DNA of 64,000 nucleotides, taken from assembly GCF_018350175.1 (NCBI RefSeq), contig NC_058368.1, positions 225,930,001-225,994,000 on the forward strand, in the 5' to 3' direction. A model generated the notes under the pieces. That model searched no databases, was not told the origin of the DNA, and worked only from the letters and a program-made list of their open reading frames with translations. Source of the DNA: Felis catus (taxonomy: Eukaryota). Positions 1 to 11,624 of this stretch are shown one piece after another (positions within the stretch are counted from its first letter, which is position 1; each line of letters starts with the position of its first letter). A program made the translations under genes and the position numbers.

Positions 1-116
1 GGCCTTTGCCCCCTCCCCGGGCATGTCCCAGTCCTGCTGGAGTCCGTGGGGACGATGGGCGTGATTTGTTTGCCATTATAATTATTTTTGCGTGATGTCA
101 ATTATAATGATTTACC

Positions 117-340
117 TTTTTTTTTTTTTTTCAACGTTTTTATTTATTTTTTTTTGGGACAGAGAGAGACAGAGCATGAACGGGGGAGGGGCAGAGAGAG
201 AGGGAGACACAGAATCGGAAACAGGCTCCAGGCTCTGAGCCATCAGCCCAGAGCCTGACGCGGGGCTCGAACTCACGGACCGCGAGATCGTGACCTGGCT
301 GAAGTCGGACGCTTAACCGACTGCGCCACCCAGGCGCCCC
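117..340 (-). mobile_element. Can-SINE, youngest feline type (SINEC_Fc-like)
   Basis: Minus strand starts GGGGCGCCTGGGTGGCGCAGTCGGTTAAGCG (tRNA-derived A box), then B box, CT tract and poly(A). TSD ATGATTTACCTTTTT at 107 and 342. Confidence 0.97.
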
Positions 341-462
341 TATGATTTACCTTTTTATTCAGCAATTGTGATTCCTATTCCCTTCCATTTCATCTCCAAA
401 TGACTCTCTTGACCCCTCTTTCATCTTTCCCTTCTGATTTATAATTACTTCCCTTAGCCTTT

Positions 463-683
463 AAAAATTTTTCTTTTTAACTTTATTTATGTATTTTGAG
501 AGACACAGAGACAGCCCGAGTGGGGGAGAGGCAGAGAGAAGGGAGAGAAAAAGGATCCCAAGCAGGCTCCCTGTTGTCAGCGCAAACTCCAACACGGGGT
601 TTGAACTCACGAAACTGTGAGATCATGACCTGAGCTGAGACCAAGAGTTGGGTGCTTAACTGACTGAGCCCCCAAGGTCCCCC
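463..683 (-). mobile_element. Can-SINE (older feline type) in the tail of a short SINE
   Basis: Typical Can-SINE body with TTTATTTAT tail. Together with 690-788 it is bracketed by CTTAGCCTTT at 453 and 792. Confidence 0.9.
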
Positions 684-689
684 AGTTTC

Positions 690-788
690 ACTTTTTTAAA
701 GTAGATTCCACACTGAGTGTGGGGCTAGAACTCATGATCCTGAGATCAAGAATCCCACGCTCTACAAACTGAGCTGGCCAGGTGCCCC
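690..788 (-). mobile_element. Short old Can-SINE (SINEC_old-like)
   Basis: GAACTCATGATCCTGAGATCAAGAATCC...GAGCTGGCCAGGTGCCCC with no CT tract. Confidence 0.85.
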
Positions 789-801
789 TCTCTTAGCCTT
801 T

Positions 802-965
802 TGTAAAACAGCTTTATTGAGGTATAACTGATAAAGAACCACACACATTTAATGAAGATAATTTGATGAGTTTGGACACATACAAACACCCTCGGTACCA
901 TCAGCACAATCAGGATGGTAGACGCAGCCAACACCTCCCAGAATTTTCTGTATGCCCCCTCCCCC
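802..965 (-). mobile_element. Old L1 (L1MA/L1MB-like) 3' end fragment
   Basis: ACAGCTTTATTGAGGTATAACTGA...TTTGATGAGTTTGGACA resembles the reverse complement of L1M 3' termini. Confidence 0.75.
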
Positions 966-1082
966 AACACACACCTCTTGTATACTGTAGGAAAACTTAC
1001 TTTTTTTATTATGAGGTTCCCTCTCCTTTTACATGGAAGTATTTATTGAGCATTCATTTGCTAATATTCGTCCTTGGAGTAC

Positions 1083-1412
1083 TGTTAGAAACAACAAAGC
1101 GAGCTGTATTAAAAAATGGTGAGATTTTTTGAGCAAAAATCTATTTGAATCAGGCAGCCCCCCAAATGGAAGTCAGAAGCGCTTCACCCACAGGAGCTGG
1201 GGAGAGACTTTTATGGAGAAAAGGGGGAAGCGGAGTCAGGACATTACTGATTGGCCATAGATTAAGGGTCGCTGGCTGTGATTGGTTGTTCTTGGGTTTG
1301 GATTTCTTAACCCTGAGGCCCTTCCGGGCTGACTTCTTTGGTTTGCTTCCAGCAACCAGCGCAGCGTTAGAGCTACATCAGTGGAACAGCCTCCTTGTTT
1401 AATTAATTTAAC
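1083..1412. mobile_element. Solo LTR-like element (ERV-derived, family uncertain)
   Basis: Starts TGTTAG, has two ATTGG (CCAAT) boxes and TTTTAT, ends TTAATTTAAC. Flanks GTAC/GTAT could be a 4-bp TSD. Confidence 0.5.
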
Positions 1413-1632
1413 GGTATCAACTGAATGAGGCTGTTCACCAAATACAAATGGTCAATAATTTAACCATCTACATTTCTGTAAAAAGCGAAAAGACTCCTTT
1501 TTAAAGAAGTTCATTGATGGGCGACACTTACTATTAACTGAGCACAATCTGCAGTTAAAGGGGCTAAGTCCCAGAGCTTGGGAACCATGATTTGGGGATG
1601 AAACCCCTCACCCCCTCCCTACTTGTGTGTCA

Positions 1633-1668
1633 GTCTCTATCTCTCTTTGTCTCTCTCTCCCTCTCTCC

Positions 1669-1719
<51 letters not shown>
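1633..1719. repeat. (CT)n(CA)n compound microsatellite
   Basis: Directly visible. Confidence 0.95.
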
Positions 1720-2574
1720 TTGATGAATTGATGTTAATCTGGAACTGTTTTTATTCCTCCTGAACTGGGGTTATAGAGTAGAGATAAAAGCATTTGGAAG
1801 GGTCCCTGCAGAGTCCACTTGGTCACCCTGAACCCTAGTTTCCTCATCTTTAAAATGAAAAAATTCGACTTCTTCTCTAAGGTCACTTCCTTCTATCCCA
1901 CAACCCTACCCACTCCCCCCACCCTCAGATTCCCAAGAGCTCCAATTTATAGTGATGATTAATCCAATAGAGGCAAGTGCTCATCTGCATACAAATAGAA
2001 TGCAAATCATGAGGTGCAGACAACGCACATCAGAATCAAGATGGGCTATCAGGGCCCCATCCTTCTGGAGGTGTCCAGACAGGCAAACCCAGGCTGGACA
2101 AATGAAATTTAGCAGGCGCGGTAGAGGGCTCTGTGTTATCGGCAGCCCCAGGCGCACTGGATGGCGTCTGGCTCCCGAGCTCTCAGCACGGGGAGGCTTT
2201 ATCGCTCCAGTCCTGGAATTTGGAATCATTATCTACCAGTGCAGAGGGATTAAAAATAATGTTTGGGCATGATGGGCAGTGGCTAGCAGCCAGCCAGCCA
2301 CACAGTGACGTTTATTGCTCGTAGAAAAGGGTCTTGGCAGAGTCAAAGTCAGGAGACCGAGGCAGGTGACTCGGGGCCGCCAGCAGATTATCAAGGTCAC
2401 CTAGTGAACATTATTATTTGATGCCTTCTTATCTCATTGTGTTGTTACAAGAATAAAATACAACAGAGTGGCAACAGCCCATTGGAACATTATAAGTATA
2501 TTCCACATAAACCGTCAATTGTCAGGCATCCAGTATTTGGTATTTATTGTATGTTCGATACTGTGAATGGTGGT

Positions 2575-2806
2575 AGCCAACATTTATTAAGCACTCAGTA
2601 TGTGGCAGCATTATTATAGGTGGTTTAAATAAATCAATCTATGGTTGTAGGAGTTTTGAATCCATCAACTTAGTTACTTCTTACAACCTATAAGATAGGA
2701 ACCATCATCATTGCCATCTAAGAGATTAGAAAATGAAGGTAATTTGCCCAAGGTCACAGCTAGTATGTGGCCAAGCTGAGGCTCCAACTCCATCTAGAAA
2801 CTGTCC
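2575..2806 (-). mobile_element. MIR fragment split by the L1 insertion (continues about 9623-9660)
   Basis: CATTTATTAAGCACT...AATTTGCCCAAGGTCACAGCTAGT on the left; CTCTTAACCACGATG on the right of the L1. Confidence 0.8.
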
Positions 2807-3051
2807 TTTTTTTTTTTAATTTTAATTTTATTTTTTGAATTTATATCCAAATTAGCATCTAGTGCAACAACGATTTCAGGAGTAGATTCCTTAGTGCCCC
2901 TCACCCATTTAGCCCATCCCCCCTCCCACAACCCCTCCAGTAACCCACTGTTTGTTTTCCATATTTAAGAGTCTCTTATGTTTCGTCCCCCTCCCTGTTT
3001 TTATATTATTTTTGCTTCCCTTCCCTTATGTTCATCTGTGTCTTAAAGTCC

Positions 3052-6000
3052 TCATATGAGTGAAGTCATATGATATTTGTCTTTCTCTGACTGACTGATT
3101 TCGCTTAGCATAACACCCTCCAGTTCCATACACGTAGTCGCAAATGGCAAGATTTCATTCTTTTTGATTGCTGAGTAATACTCCATTGTATATATGTACC
3201 ACGTCTTCTTTACCCATTCATCAGTTGATGGATATTTGGGCTCTTTCCATACTTTGGCTATTGTTGTAGAGTTGCTATAAACATTGGGGTGCAGGTGTCC
3301 CTTTGAAACAGCACACCTGTATCCCTTGGATGAATGCCTAGTAGTGCAGTTCCTGGGTCACAAGGTAGTTCTTTTTTTAACTATTTGAGAAACCTCCATA
3401 CTGTTTTCCAGAGTGGCTGCACCAGCTTTCATTCCCACCAGGAATGCAAAAGAGATCCTTTTTCTGCATCCTCTCCAACATCTATTGTTGCCTGAGTTGT
3501 TAATGTTAGCCACTCTGACAGGTGTGAGGTGATATCTCATTGTGGTTTTGATTTGTATTTTCCTGATGATGAATGACGTGGAGCATTTTTTCATGTGTCG
3601 GTTGGCCATCTGGATGTCTTCTTTGGAGAAGTGTCTATTCATGTCTTCTGCCCATTTCTTCACTGGATTGTTTTTTAGATATTGAGTTTGAGAAGTTCTT
3701 TATAGATTTTGGATACTAACCCTTTATCTGATATGTAGTTTGCAAATATCTTCTCCCATTCTGTTGGTTGCCTTTTAGTTTTGCTGATTGTTTCCTTTGC
3801 TGTGCAGAAGCTTTTATTTTCATAAGGTCCCAGTAGTTCATTTTTGTTTTTGTATTCCTTGCCTCCAGAGATGTGTTGAGTAAGAAGTTGCTGTGGGCAA
3901 GATCAAAGAGGTTTTTGCCCACTTTCTCCTCGAGGATTTTGATGGCTTCCTGTCCTACATTGAGGTCTTTCATCCATTTTGAGTTTATTTTTGTGTATGG
4001 TGTAAGAAAGTGGTCCACATTCATTCTTGTGCATGTCTCTGTCCAGTTTTCCCAGCATCACTTGCTGAAGAGACTGTCTTTATTCCATTGGATATTCTTC
4101 CCTGCTTTGTCAAAGATTAGTTGGCCATACGTTTGTGGGTCCACTTCTGGGTTCTCTATTCTGTTCCATTGATCTGAGTGTCTGTTTTTGTGCCAGTACC
4201 ATACTGTCTTGATGATTACAGCTTTGTAGTATAGCTTAAAGTCCGGGATTGTGATGCCACCTGCTTTGGTTTTCTTTTTCAAGATCGCTTTGGCTATTCG
4301 GGTCTTTTCTGGTTCCATACAAATTTTAGGATCTTTTGTTCTAGTTCAGTGAAGAATGCTGGTGTTATTTTGATAGGGATTGCATTGAATATGTAGAATG
4401 CTTTAGGTAGTATTAACATTTTAACAATATTTGTTCTTTCTATCCAGGAGCATGGAATATTTTTCCATTTTTTTGTGTCTTCTTCAATTTCTTTCATAAG
4501 ATTTCTATAGTTTTCAGTGTAGAGATTTTTCACCTCTTTGGTTAGAGTTCTTCCTAGGTATTTTATGGTTTTTGGTGCAATTGTAAATGGGATCGATTAC
4601 TTGATTTCTCTTTCTGTTGCTTCATTTTTGGTGTATAGGAATGCAATCAATTTCTGTGCATTGATTTTATATCCTGCAACTTTGCTGAATTCATGAATCA
4701 GTTCTAGCAGTTTTTTGGTGGAATCTTTTGGGTTTTCCATGTAGAGTATCATGGATATCTGTGAAGAGTGAAAGTTTGATCTCCTCCTGGCTGATTTAGA
4801 TGCCTTTTATTTCTTTGTGTTGTTTGATTGCAGAGGCTAAGACTTCCAATACTATGTTGAATAATAGTGGTGAGAGTGGATATCCCTGTCTTGTTCCTGA
4901 CCTTAGGGGGAAAGCTCTCATTTTTTTCCCATTGAGGATGATATTAGCGTTGGGTCTTTCGTATATGGTTTTTATGATCTTGAGGTATGATCCCTCTATC
5001 CCTACTTTCTTGAGGGCTTTTATCAAGAAAGAATGTTGTATTTTGTCAAATGCTTTCTTTGCATCTATTGAGAGGATCATATGGTTCTTGTCCTTTCTTT
5101 TATTGATGTGATGAATCACATTGATTGTTTTGCGGATATTGAACTAGCCCTGCATCCCAGGTGTAAATCCCACTTGGTTGTGGTGAATAATTTTTTTAAT
5201 GTATTGTTGGATCTGGTTGGCTAATATCTTGTTGAGAATTTTTGCATCCATGTTCATCAGGGAAATTGGTGTATAGTTCTCCTTTTTAGTGGGGTCTCTG
5301 TCTGGTTTTGGAATCAAAGTAATGCTGGCTTCATAGAAAGAATTTGGAAGTTTTCCTTCCATTTCTATTTTTTTGGAAAATCTTCAAGAGAATAGGTGTT
5401 AACTCTTCCTTAAATGTTTGGTAGAATTCCCCTGGAAAGCCATCTGGCCCTGGACTCTTGTTTTTTTGGGAGAGTTTTGATTACTAATCGATTTCTTTAC
5501 TGGTTATGGGTCTGTTCAAATTTTCTATTTCTTCCTGTTTCAGTTTTTGTAGTGTATATGTTTCTAGGAATTTGTCCATTTCTTCCAGGTTGCCCATTTT
5601 ATTAGCATATAATTGCTCATAATATTCTTATTATTGTTTTTATTTCTGCTGAGATGGTTGTGATCTCTCCTCTCTCATTCTTGATTTTATTTATTTGGGT
5701 CCTTTCCTTCTTCTTTTTGATCAAACTGGCTAGTGGTTTATCAATTTTGTTAATACTTTCAAAGAACCATCTTCTGGTTTCATCGATCTGTTCTACTGTT
5801 TTTGTTTGTTTGTTTATTTGTTTTGTTTGGGTCGATAGCATTAATTTCTGCTCTAATCTTTATTATTTCCTGTTTTGTGCTGTTTTGGGGTTTCCTGTTT
5901 TGTTCTTTATCCAGCACTTTAAGGCATAAGGTTAGGTTGTGTATCTGAGATCTTTCTTCCTTCTTTAGGAAGGCCCAGATTGCTATGTACTTTCCTTTTA

Positions 6001-6878
6001 TGATCATCTTTGCTGCGTCCCAGAGGTTTTGGGTTGTGGTGTTATCATTGTCATTGACTTCCATATACTTTTTAATCTCCTCTTTAACTGCTTGGTTGGC
6101 CCATTCATTCTTTAGTAGGATGTTCTTTAGTCTCCAAGTATTTGTTAACTTTCCAAATTTTTTCTTGTGGCTGATTTCAAGTTTCATAGGGTTGTAGTCT
6201 GAAAAGATGCACGGTATGACTCGATCTTTTTGTGCTTGGTGAAGGATGATTTGTGTCCCAGTATGTGGTCTATTCTAGAGAACGTTCCATGTGCACTGGA
6301 GAAGAATGTATATTCTGCTGCTTTAGGATGAAATGTTCTGACTATATCTGTTAAGTCCATGTGGTCCAGTATGTCATTCAAAGCCATTGTTTCCTTGTTG
6401 ATTTTTTGATTAGATGATCTGTCCATTGTTGTGAGTGGTGTGTTGAAGTCTCCTACTGTTGTGTATTACTATCAATGAGTTTCTTTACGTTTGTGATGAA
6501 TTGATTTATATATTTGGGTGCTTTCACATTTGGCACATAAATATTTACAGTTGTTAGGTCTTTTTGGTGGATAGACCCCTTAATTATGATATATTGCCCT
6601 GCTTCATCTCTTGATACAGTCTTTATTTTAAAGTCTAGATTGTCTGATATAAGTATGGCTACTCTGGCTTTCTTTTGTTGACCATTAGCATGATAGATGG
6701 TTCTCCATCCCCTTATTTTCAATCTGAACTTGTCTTTAGGTCTAAAGTGGGTCTCTTGTAAACAGCATATAGGTGGATCTTGTTTTCTTATCCATTCTGT
6801 TACCCTATGTCTTTTGATTGGAGCAATGAGTCCATTGACATTTAGAGTGAGTACTGAAGGATATGAATTTTTTGCCAT
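3052..6878 (-). pseudogene. L1 ORF2 (APE endonuclease, reverse transcriptase, C-terminal domain), with many stops and frameshifts
   Basis: Fragments [91 protein letters not shown]; ends DKYHMTSLI*. The catalytic FADD (about 4753-4765) is mutated and frameshifted. Confidence 0.97.
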
Positions 6879-6946
6879 AATGTTGCTTGTAGAGTTGGAG
6901 TTTCTGGTAGTGTTCTCTGGTCCTTTCTAGTCTTTGTTGTTTTTAG

Positions 6947-6994
6947 CCTGCCTTCCTTCCTTCCTTCCTTCCTTCCTTCCTTCCTTCCTTCCTT
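6947..6994. repeat. (CCTT)n microsatellite in the L1 inter-ORF spacer
   Basis: About 11 units between the ORF1 stop (7011) and the ORF2 start (6878). Confidence 0.95.
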
Positions 6995-7010
6995 TTTACC
7001 TTTTCTCCCC

Positions 7011-7891
7011 TCAGAGAGTCCCGCTTAAAATTTCTTGCAGGGCTGGTTTAGTGGTCACAAACTCCTTTAGTTTTTGTTTGTCTGGAAATTTTTTTTCTCT
7101 CCTTCTATTTTGAATGATAGCCTTGCTGGATAAAGAATTTTTGGCTGCATATTATTCTGATTCAGTACATTGAATATATCCTGCTACTCCTTTCTGGCCT
7201 GTCAATTTTTTGTGGATAGGTCTGTTGCAAACCTGATCTGTCTTCCCTTGTAGGTTAAGGACTTTTTTTTCCCTTGCTGCTTTCATGATTCTCTCCTTGC
7301 CTGAGTATTTTGTGAATTTGACTGTGATATGCCTTGTTGATGGTTGGTTTTTGTTGAATCTAGTGGGAGTTCTCTGTGCTTCCTGAATTTTGATGTCTGT
7401 GTCTTTCCCTAGGTTAGGAAAGTTTTCCTCTATGACTTGCTCACATAACACTTCTACCCCTTTTCTCTCTACTGCTCTTCTGGGACTCCTATGATTCTAA
7501 TGTTGTTCCTTTTTAATGATTCACTGATTTCTCTAATTCTTAAATTGTGCTCTTTTGCCTTAATCTCCCTCTTTTTTTCTGCTTCATTATTCTCCATAAG
7601 TTTGTCCTCTATATCACTGATTTTCTGTTCTGCCTCATCCATCCTTGCTGCCCTGGCTTCCATTCAAGACTGCAGCTCAATTATAGCATTTTTTATTTCA
7701 TCCTGACTAGCTTTTCTTTCTTTTATCTCTGCAGAAAGGGATTCTAATCTATTTTCGACTTCAGCTAGTATTTGTATTATCGTGATTCTAAACTCTGGTT
7801 CAGACATCTTGTTTGTATCTGGGTTGGTTAAGTCCCTGGCTGTCGTTTCTTCCTGCTCTTTCTTTGGGGATGAATTCCTTCATTTCATCAT
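7011..7891 (-). pseudogene. L1 ORF1 (RNA-binding chaperone), disrupted
   Basis: MMK*RNSSPKKEQEETTARDL start with a stop at codon 4; coiled coil EAEQKISDIEDK, LKRNNIRIIGVPE, ENFPNLGK..IQEAQRTP; ends LQEILSGTL*. Confidence 0.95.
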
Positions 7892-8439
7892 TTTGAAGGG
7901 AGAAAAAGAATTAATGAGGTAAAAAAAATTAAAATTTAAAAAATTAAAATTTTAAAATATTAAAATTAAAAACAAACACACACAAACAAAATCGAGTAAA
8001 TGATGCTAGATCCTAGGTGTGTTTTGGTCTGGGTGTTGAAAGAGGCTTGATAGATTAGAGAAAAAAGGGGAAAGAAAAAAGAAAAAGGAAATCGTTTGAA
8101 AATTTGAAAAAATGAATACACTGAAGTAGACTAAAATGAAATGATGGAAGTAAAATAGACTTTGAAAAAAATTACACAGAAGTAAAAAATATAGTAGAAA
8201 AAATTTAAAGAAAATATTTTAATAAAAATTAAAAACAAAAATGAATTTTTTCTTTCTGTATTCAAGAGAAAGAAAAGAAACGAAAAAAAAAGAAAAAAGA
8301 CAAAAAGAAGAAAGAAAGAAAATTGAAGAGATGGACTGGCGAACAGACTGAAATACCACTGAAATTACTTTGTTTCCCCTAGAAGTCCAACTATGAAGCA
8401 CTTAATGGTCCATAAACTAAGCAGGCAGAGAGACTTGTG

Positions 8440-9622
8440 TTCCTGAAGAGCGAGGTTGGCCCTGTTGGGCGGGGCTTAGTGTAATGGCTCCGTTCTCCAC
8501 TAGATGGCGCTGCTTAGCTTACTGGGGTGCATTTTGAGGCGCTTGTTGGTGCGCGTACGCGCATGCGCGGCAGCGGTGAAAATGGCGTCAGCCACCCAGC
8601 CAGCCTCTAGTACCGGAATTCTGTTCTCCCTGGTCAGTAATTGCGCACCTGTCCTATGTCCTTGACTTCCATCCACTCGCCGCTTTTACACAGTCTGTGA
8701 ACCAGCCCCAGGCAGCACCTCCCTCCTGAGTTTTGTCTCACATGCGGCTGTGTTTCCCGATCCCTTACTTTTGAGAGACTGCGGTTTTGTCCCGCCCAGA
8801 CCTTCTGCAGGAGGGTCTCACCGAGCGATGGCCGGTGCCGGCTGCACCCAGGAACGTTTGCGGGTCCGTGCTGCTGCCGAGGCCCAGAGACTGCGGCCGG
8901 GTGCCAGCCCGCCCCAGGACGAAGTTCGCGAGACAGGGTAGCAGCGGCGCCTCCGGGATTCTGGAAAATCACAACGCACACCTGGCGCCAGGCTTCCCCC
9001 TTAACGACCTTGATCCAGCGCCAGCGAATGTGGTTGTTCTCCCGGGTCCACGGGGGCCTTGCCTTTGGGGACCCACACAGCCTCTACCTGGTGTCTTCCC
9101 AGAAGGGGCACCGCCTCTCCCCGTGTGGCCTGAAGACCCCTGGACTCCACTCTGCTCCTGGGGATTCGTCCTTCTCACCAGAACACCGCCAGGTATGGAG
9201 CTGCGCGGTTTCAGACTCTGCGCTCCCCGTTGATGGTCTTAATGGAATGTAAACCCTGTCCTTTCTCCCTTCTCCCTTTTTAGTTCGGTCCCTGCGGCTG
9301 TTTCCACTTTCCCACTTTCTCTCCAGCTGCTTTTGGGGGGGGGGTGCTTTTCCCGTATTCTCTCCCCTCCCCATCTCTGTCCTCTCTCCACACCGCACGC
9401 AAAAGCAGCTTCCTGCCCTCCGCGGCTTCCCTCTCCCCCAGTTCACCTCTCGGCGCCGCGCACCTGCTGAGTCCTGTGGTTCAGGTTGTGCAGATTGTTG
9501 TGTTAATCCTCAGATCAGTTTTCTAGGTGTGCAGGATGGTCGAGTGTTGGTCTGGTTGTCTTTCATGGACGCGAGACACACAGCAAACTGCCATGCTGTT
9601 CTGCCATCTTGCCTTCTCCCCC
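8440..9622 (-). promoter_or_regulatory. L1 5'UTR internal promoter (CpG-rich)
   Basis: High GC and CpG content. YY1-type AAGATGGC at the L1 5' end (9603-9610). GC-box 8467, CTCF-like 8497, NRF1 8559, YY1-like 8579. Confidence 0.8.
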
Positions 9623-9804
9623 AGAAACTGCCCTCTTAACCACGATGTTGTATGCCCTTTAATCGTAACCATGAGCCTTATCTAGTAATGAATCCAATCT
9701 TTTATGGGATATATATTTCACTTACTTGAGATAATATTATAATTTTGATATGTATTTTAGTTAATATTATGTAAGCATCTTCCCACATCTTTAAAAACTA
9801 TTCC

Positions 9805-10017
9805 GGGGAGCCTGGGTGGCCCAGTCAGTTAAGTGTCCGACTTCAGCTCAGGTCACGATCTCACGGTTCGTGAGTTCGAGCCCTGCTTCGGGCTCTGTGC
9901 TGACAGCTCAGAGCCTGGGACCTGCTTCAGATTCTGTGTCTCCCTCTCTCTCTGTCCCTCCCCTGCTCGCACTCTCTCTCTCTCTCAAAAAAATAAATAA
10001 ACATTAGAAAGAATTTT
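9805..10017 (+). mobile_element. Can-SINE
   Basis: GGGGAGCCTGGGTGGCCCAGTC...CT tract, AATAAA tail. TSD AAAACTATTCC at 9794 and 10018. Confidence 0.96.
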
Positions 10018-10913
10018 AAAACTATTCCTAGAGATAATTGAAGGCTGAGTATCATTCTATTGAGAGGTATTATTATAATTGGCTTGAACTATAAGGAGAC
10101 ATAACACAAATCCTGGAGGCGAGAGCACCAGTGAGGATACGAAGGTGGACTTGGGAGATTAGAGAAGGCAAGAATCATGGCCTTCATGAATAGCTTGGAC
10201 TGCCCCATTATGCATCGATTAGTTGAGGTATAAGCTTGCTTTATGCAGCGTTTCCACTTATGAAGTAGAAGAAATGTCTCTTCTTGGCCAATGCGTGGGG
10301 ATGTTGTAAATATAGGTGGGTTCTGGAAAGTGATTTAACACACTGGAAGAAAAGGCCGCATAAATTCAGGGGGATCATATGGAGAAATAGTTTTGGTGAT
10401 GTCACCATGCCTGTCATCTTCCGCCGTGATGTCTATTGTGGGAAGCTGGGAGTAGAATGACGTGAGAATCTTTTCTGTAGGTCCCAGGTCAGAAGACAGG
10501 GCAAGAAGTCAGCCCTAATGAGGCAGGTGACTCCGAGGGAATAAAGGACCATAATGAACTTGTTCTGTATTTACCAGGAGGATTTGGATGGAGATTGATG
10601 ATCTGGCCAAACGTTCCATCTGAATTTAGTCTGGTCTCATTACGACAAGTCATACATCTTTTCAGGTCAGGTTGTGGCGCAACTTATGCTATTTTCATCA
10701 CGTTCTGACCTGTTTGTCATTTGCAGTGAGAAGCAAATGACCCAGAAACACCAGGAAAGGGATCTGTAAATAGATTTTCTCACTCGACCAATTAGGAAAT
10801 AACCCCCAACAAAGTGTGTTGTAAAAATATCGTTAATGACTGTGTTGTCACCTTTAAGCTCCATAAATAACAACTGTCACTGAGCGTTTACTAAGTATCA
10901 AGGACTAGTACTC

Positions 10914-11035
10914 AGAGCTGGACTAGGTGAGATGAGTAAAGCACTCACCTGGTTCACAAAACTTGAGGGGCATCAACAAGCTCGGTAATCAAGGTCAGTA
11001 ATGTTCGTATGTAATATTTAAAAAAAATCAATCAG
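10914..11035 (+). mobile_element. MER91-like hAT DNA transposon fragment
   Basis: CAGAGCTGGACTAGGTGAG...GCACTCACCT...CAAAACTTGAGGGGCA...CTCGGTAATCAAG resembles the MER91 consensus as recalled. Confidence 0.6.
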
Positions 11036-11148
11036 CAGACTCTATCCTTCCTATTGTTGCCAATGAAGCTTTAGCATCTAACTGATGCCTGTAAGTGCTC
11101 TGAATAATCAATGCCTTCATTCGAGTCTGTTACCATTCTTTAACTCGT

Positions 11149-11322
11149 CATCTTAGTCAGCCTGGGCTGCCATAACAAAGTACTATAGACTAGGTAACCT
11201 TGAATGGCGGACATTTATTTCTCACAGGTCTGGAGGCTAGAAGTCCAAGATCAAGGTGCCCGTATGGTTGGGAGGGCTCTCTTCTTGGCTTGCAGGTGGC
11301 TGCCATCTTGGTGTGTTTTCAC

Positions 11323-11375
<53 letters not shown>

Positions 11376-11580
11376 GGTGGAGGAGAAAGAGGGGAGAGAG
11401 ATCAGGAACTCTGGTCTTTCTTCCTCTTCTTACAAGGACACTAACTCCATCGTTGGGGTCTCACCCTCATGACCTCATCTAAACCTGATCACCACCTAAA
11501 TAAAGACCCCCACCTTCTGAAAACCATCACACTGGGGGTTGGGGCTTCAACACATGAATTTGTGTTAGGAGATATAAGGT
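11149..11580 (-). mobile_element. MaLR LTR (MLT1A-like) with an internal (GA)n expansion
   Basis: TCTTAGTCAGCCTGGGCTGCCATAACAAAGTAC, ATTTATTTCTCACAGGTCTGGAGGCTAGAAGTCCAAGATCAAGGTGCC, CTTCAACACATGAATTT. Confidence 0.88.
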
Positions 11581-11624
11581 ATTTACTGTAACCCTTTTCC
11601 CCCTTTCTCTGTCTCTTTTTCTGT

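Larger units (their letters stand above)
2811..9622 (-). mobile_element. Full-length (about 6.8 kb) carnivore/felid LINE-1, inactivated
   Basis: 5' end GGGGGAGAAGGCAAGATGGC, CpG-rich 5'UTR, T-rich linker, ORF1, spacer, ORF2, 3'UTR and poly(A) (T-run at 2807). TSD AGAAACTGTCCTTTT (2796) / AGAAACTGCCCTCTT (9623). Confidence 0.97.

Noticed and set aside
3052..7891. Possibly active L1
   Set aside because: ORF1 has a stop at codon 4; ORF2 is broken into many fragments and the FADD catalytic motif is destroyed.
8634..9526. 60-148 aa ORFs across the L1 5'UTR
   Set aside because: GC-rich, stop-poor sequence, mostly non-ATG starts, no recognisable homology.
10100..10400. Possible CR1/L3 3' remnant
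   Set aside because: Only a faint resemblance by eye; cannot be supported without an HMM search.
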